Positions 30,840 to 33,072 of a DNA stretch of 33,072 nucleotides are shown here, piece after piece. Location: assembly GCA_041160755.1 (NCBI GenBank), contig JBEAVX010000691.1:1-33072 (forward strand), in the 5' to 3' direction. The notes beneath the pieces were generated by a model. That model saw only the letters and a list, made by a program, of their open reading frames with translations, did no database searches and had not been told where the DNA came from. The position numbers and the translations under genes were made by a program. Every line of letters starts with the position of its first letter. Position 1 is the first letter of the stretch. The DNA comes from Pseudomonadota bacterium. GTDB lineage: Bacteria; Myxococcota_A; UBA796; CAJQPC01.

Positions 30840-33072
30840 TCAGTTGAGCTGCTTGAAGGTCAGCTCGTACTCGCCTGTGTCGCCGCCGCCAGAGACGACG
30901 ATGGTGTACTTGCTACCGCCAACCACCGTCGCCGTCAACACGGCCTCTTCGCCGGTCTTGCCGCTGCGGCCGCCGAAGTTGTAGATGACCGACGCGGTCG
31001 GGTCCTCGTCCTCGTCGATCTCGTCGAGGTCGAAGCCGTCCGAGGTCAAGAAGCCGCTCCCCAAGGTGCCGCCGTTGTTGGTGCACTGCTGCACCCAGAC
31101 CTGCTCTTGAAACGACGTGGGCTTGGGCTCGCTGTTGTCTACGACGCCGTCCTGGTCCCAGTCGTCGGTGCAGGCGCCCGCCGTGGCGTAGCCGCCGCAG
31201 GGGTCGAAGTCCGACGAGGTGGCCAGGGCCGTCGAGCTCAAGAAGAGCTGGTAGTAGAGGTAGTCCAGCACCAGGTTGGGGTACTCCCACTCCTCTTCGC
31301 CGCCGTCGCAGGCCGTCGAGACGGTGTCGGTGACCGTGGGCTGGGGCAGATCGTCGCTCTCGACGATGGCCATCCAGGGGTCTTCAGGGGTGGAGTCGCC
31401 GGAGGTGGACGAGAAGCGGCGGTCGAGCCACACCGCGATCTGGATGACCTCCCCCTTGGTGCGATCGGTGAGGTCGAGCTGGAAGCGGTCGAGGTCCTCC
31501 ACCGTCTCGGCGGACTCTTCGCCCGCGTCGGTGAGCACGCGGGTCGTCGCCGGGGTGGAGATGTCGCCGATGGCGTAGATCGGGCTGCCGTCTGCGGGGA
31601 GGGACGGCAGGTAGACCAGGTTGGAGTCGAGCGGCGAGTAGATGCGGTCTACGGCGGTGTCGTCGAAGGAGGGATCACGCCAGCGGATCACGGTGCCGTA
31701 GAAGCTCGCGCTGGTGTCTTCGAGCTCGACGATGGTGGCGCTGTACTGGATCTTGGTCAGGCGGCTGATGTGGGCGCCGTAGCCCCCGGCGGCGTAGCCG
31801 TAGTACTCGGAGCCCGTGACGTAGGTGTGGTGATCGAGGCCGTCGGCGACGATGCGCTGGTCGGTGTTCTCCTCGGGGACGTCCGTGGTGCCGCCCTCCA
31901 TCCAGCGGTTCGTGCCGCGCACGTTGAAGCCGGTCTGGTAGCCGTTGGCGCCGTAGTAGATGCCGATGGTGGGCTCGTCGGGGGCGACGGTGGGCGCGGA
32001 GATCGCCGTGGCCTCGGCGAACGGAGGCCACTCCTCGGGATCGACCAGGGGCTCTCCGGCGCTGTTCGTGACCCCGGTGGTGAGGAGCGCGACCTGCCAC
32101 TGGAGCACGAGGGTGTCGAAGCTCTCGCCGGTGGCGGCCTCGATGTTCGCCGTGCCGATCTCCGTGGTGTTCGTCAGCGACGTGAGGAGGTCGGTGCCGT
32201 AGGTGTCGATGAGCCAGCGCGCGAAGAGGTACTGCGCGCCGCGGGAGCCCGTCGCGAAGAGAGACGAGCTGTCGTAGTCGGTGAGGCCCTCTAGGTAGGG
32301 GGCGTCCATGTAGTTCCAGGCGTCCTCGTAGTACACCGCGCCGAAGCCGCAGATGTCCGTGGCCAAGGCGCCGAGCGCCTCGGTGAGCCAGGACTCCTCT
32401 TCTTCCCCTTCGCTGGCGATGACGTGGGTGTTGTAGAGCACGAGGCGGAGGTAAGACCGCGCGATCTCGGCGGTCAGCTCCATCGTCGTGTACTCGTCCA
32501 CCGTCGTCGTCTTGTAGGGGTTGTAGAAGCCGTAGGGGTCGGGGGCGAAGACGTAGATGATCTCTTGCTCGTCCGAGGACGGGTTCGTCTTGTCGTCGAA
32601 GGTCGAGAGATCGGACTCGGGGTCGGCGTAAGAGAAGACCTTGGACCAGTCGTCCTCGTCATCAGAGGTGAGCGGCAAGGTGTTGAGCACGGGGCTCACG
32701 AGCACGGTGATCTTGCCGTCCTCGTTGATGTCCGAGGGCTCGCCGAAGAGGTGATCGACGTTGACGATGATGTTGTTGTCGACGATGTCGGCGACGGTCT
32801 GGAGGTCGCAGTTGGTGAAGCCGTAGCTGTCGTAGACCGCGTAGCTGTCGACCACACCGTCACACTCGTAGTCCCAGTCGATCGGCACCTCGTCATCGAC
32901 GTAGATGGCGATCTTGCTGCCGAGCGCCCACAGGGTGGCGGTGATCGACGACACGCTCTTCGCCGAGCTGTAGTCGTCGCGCACGCGGAACTCGGTGGTC
33001 TTCGTGCCGATGTCGTCTTCGCTCACCGCCGGGGCGGGCAAGGGCTGGGCCAAGGGGCGGCGGAGCTTGGGC
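30840..33072 (-). CDS. Large acidic secreted protein, 5' end outside the window; M30 (hyicolysin)-like region lacking HExxH, C-terminal PPC-like domain
   Basis: The frame is open to the window edge, and the TTG at 33053 is only the ORF-caller start. No signal peptide is visible, which is consistent with truncation. Features: Ca-binding-type loops DINEDGKIT and DDWDQDGVVDNSE, an ESWLTEALG motif, and a C-terminal beta-rich GSKYTIVVSGGGDTGEYELTFK segment typical of pre-peptidase C-terminal domains. Confidence 0.7.
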   Translation of the reverse strand, partial: PKLRRPLAQPLPAPAVSEDDIGTKTTEFRVRDDYSSAKSVSSITATLWALGSKIAIYVDDEVPIDWDYECDGVVDSYAVYDSYGFTNCDLQTVADIVDNNIIVNVDHLFGEPSDINEDGKITVLVSPVLNTLPLTSDDEDDWSKVFSYADPESDLSTFDDKTNPSSDEQEIIYVFAPDPYGFYNPYKTTTVDEYTTMELTAEIARSYLRLVLYNTHVIASEGEEEESWLTEALGALATDICGFGAVYYEDAWNYMDAPYLEGLTDYDSSSLFATGSRGAQYLFARWLIDTYGTDLLTSLTNTTEIGTANIEAATGESFDTLVLQWQVALLTTGVTNSAGEPLVDPEEWPPFAEATAISAPTVAPDEPTIGIYYGANGYQTGFNVRGTNRWMEGGTTDVPEENTDQRIVADGLDHHTYVTGSEYYGYAAGGYGAHISRLTKIQYSATIVELEDTSASFYGTVIRWRDPSFDDTAVDRIYSPLDSNLVYLPSLPADGSPIYAIGDISTPATTRVLTDAGEESAETVEDLDRFQLDLTDRTKGEVIQIAVWLDRRFSSTSGDSTPEDPWMAIVESDDLPQPTVTDTVSTACDGGEEEWEYPNLVLDYLYYQLFLSSTALATSSDFDPCGGYATAGACTDDWDQDGVVDNSEPKPTSFQEQVWVQQCTNNGGTLGSGFLTSDGFDLDEIDEDEDPTASVIYNFGGRSGKTGEEAVLTATVVGGSKYTIVVSGGGDTGEYELTFKQLN

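Overview
GC-rich bacterial chromosome segment (strong G/C third-position bias; probably Myxococcota/deltaproteobacteria-like, taxon not verifiable here). All real genes are on the minus strand. In transcription order (high to low coordinates): a 5'-truncated large acidic secreted protein, an M50 site-2 protease and a secreted LolA/RseB-like protein. A consensus-like sigma70 promoter then drives tRNA-Thr/Tyr/Gly/Thr-tuf (the E. coli thrU-tyrU-glyT-thrT-tufB order). Next come secE-nusG, rplK-rplA-rplJ-rplL, rpoB-rpoC, rpsL-rpsG, an EF-G-like gene, the S10 and spc ribosomal-protein operons through secY, and the first codons of adk. No mobile elements, CRISPR arrays or rRNA were seen; the long plus-strand ORFs are antisense shadow ORFs. 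The notable content is a set of departures from a very conserved locus. (1) rplC (L3) is missing between rpsJ and rplD. (2) The gene at the fusA position is a divergent EF-G paralogue with both domain-IV tip loops degenerated, and a textbook intrinsic terminator separates it from rpsG. (3) RpoC carries a roughly 225-240 aa insertion after the catalytic NADFDGD region. (4) L29 has a roughly 43 aa C-terminal extension followed by an unusual 200-nt structured non-coding spacer before rpsQ. (5) The S2P protease is translationally coupled to a LolA/RseB-like protein and preceded by an apparently catalytically dead M30-like protein. Several hairpins, terminators and attenuators were read directly from the sequence.
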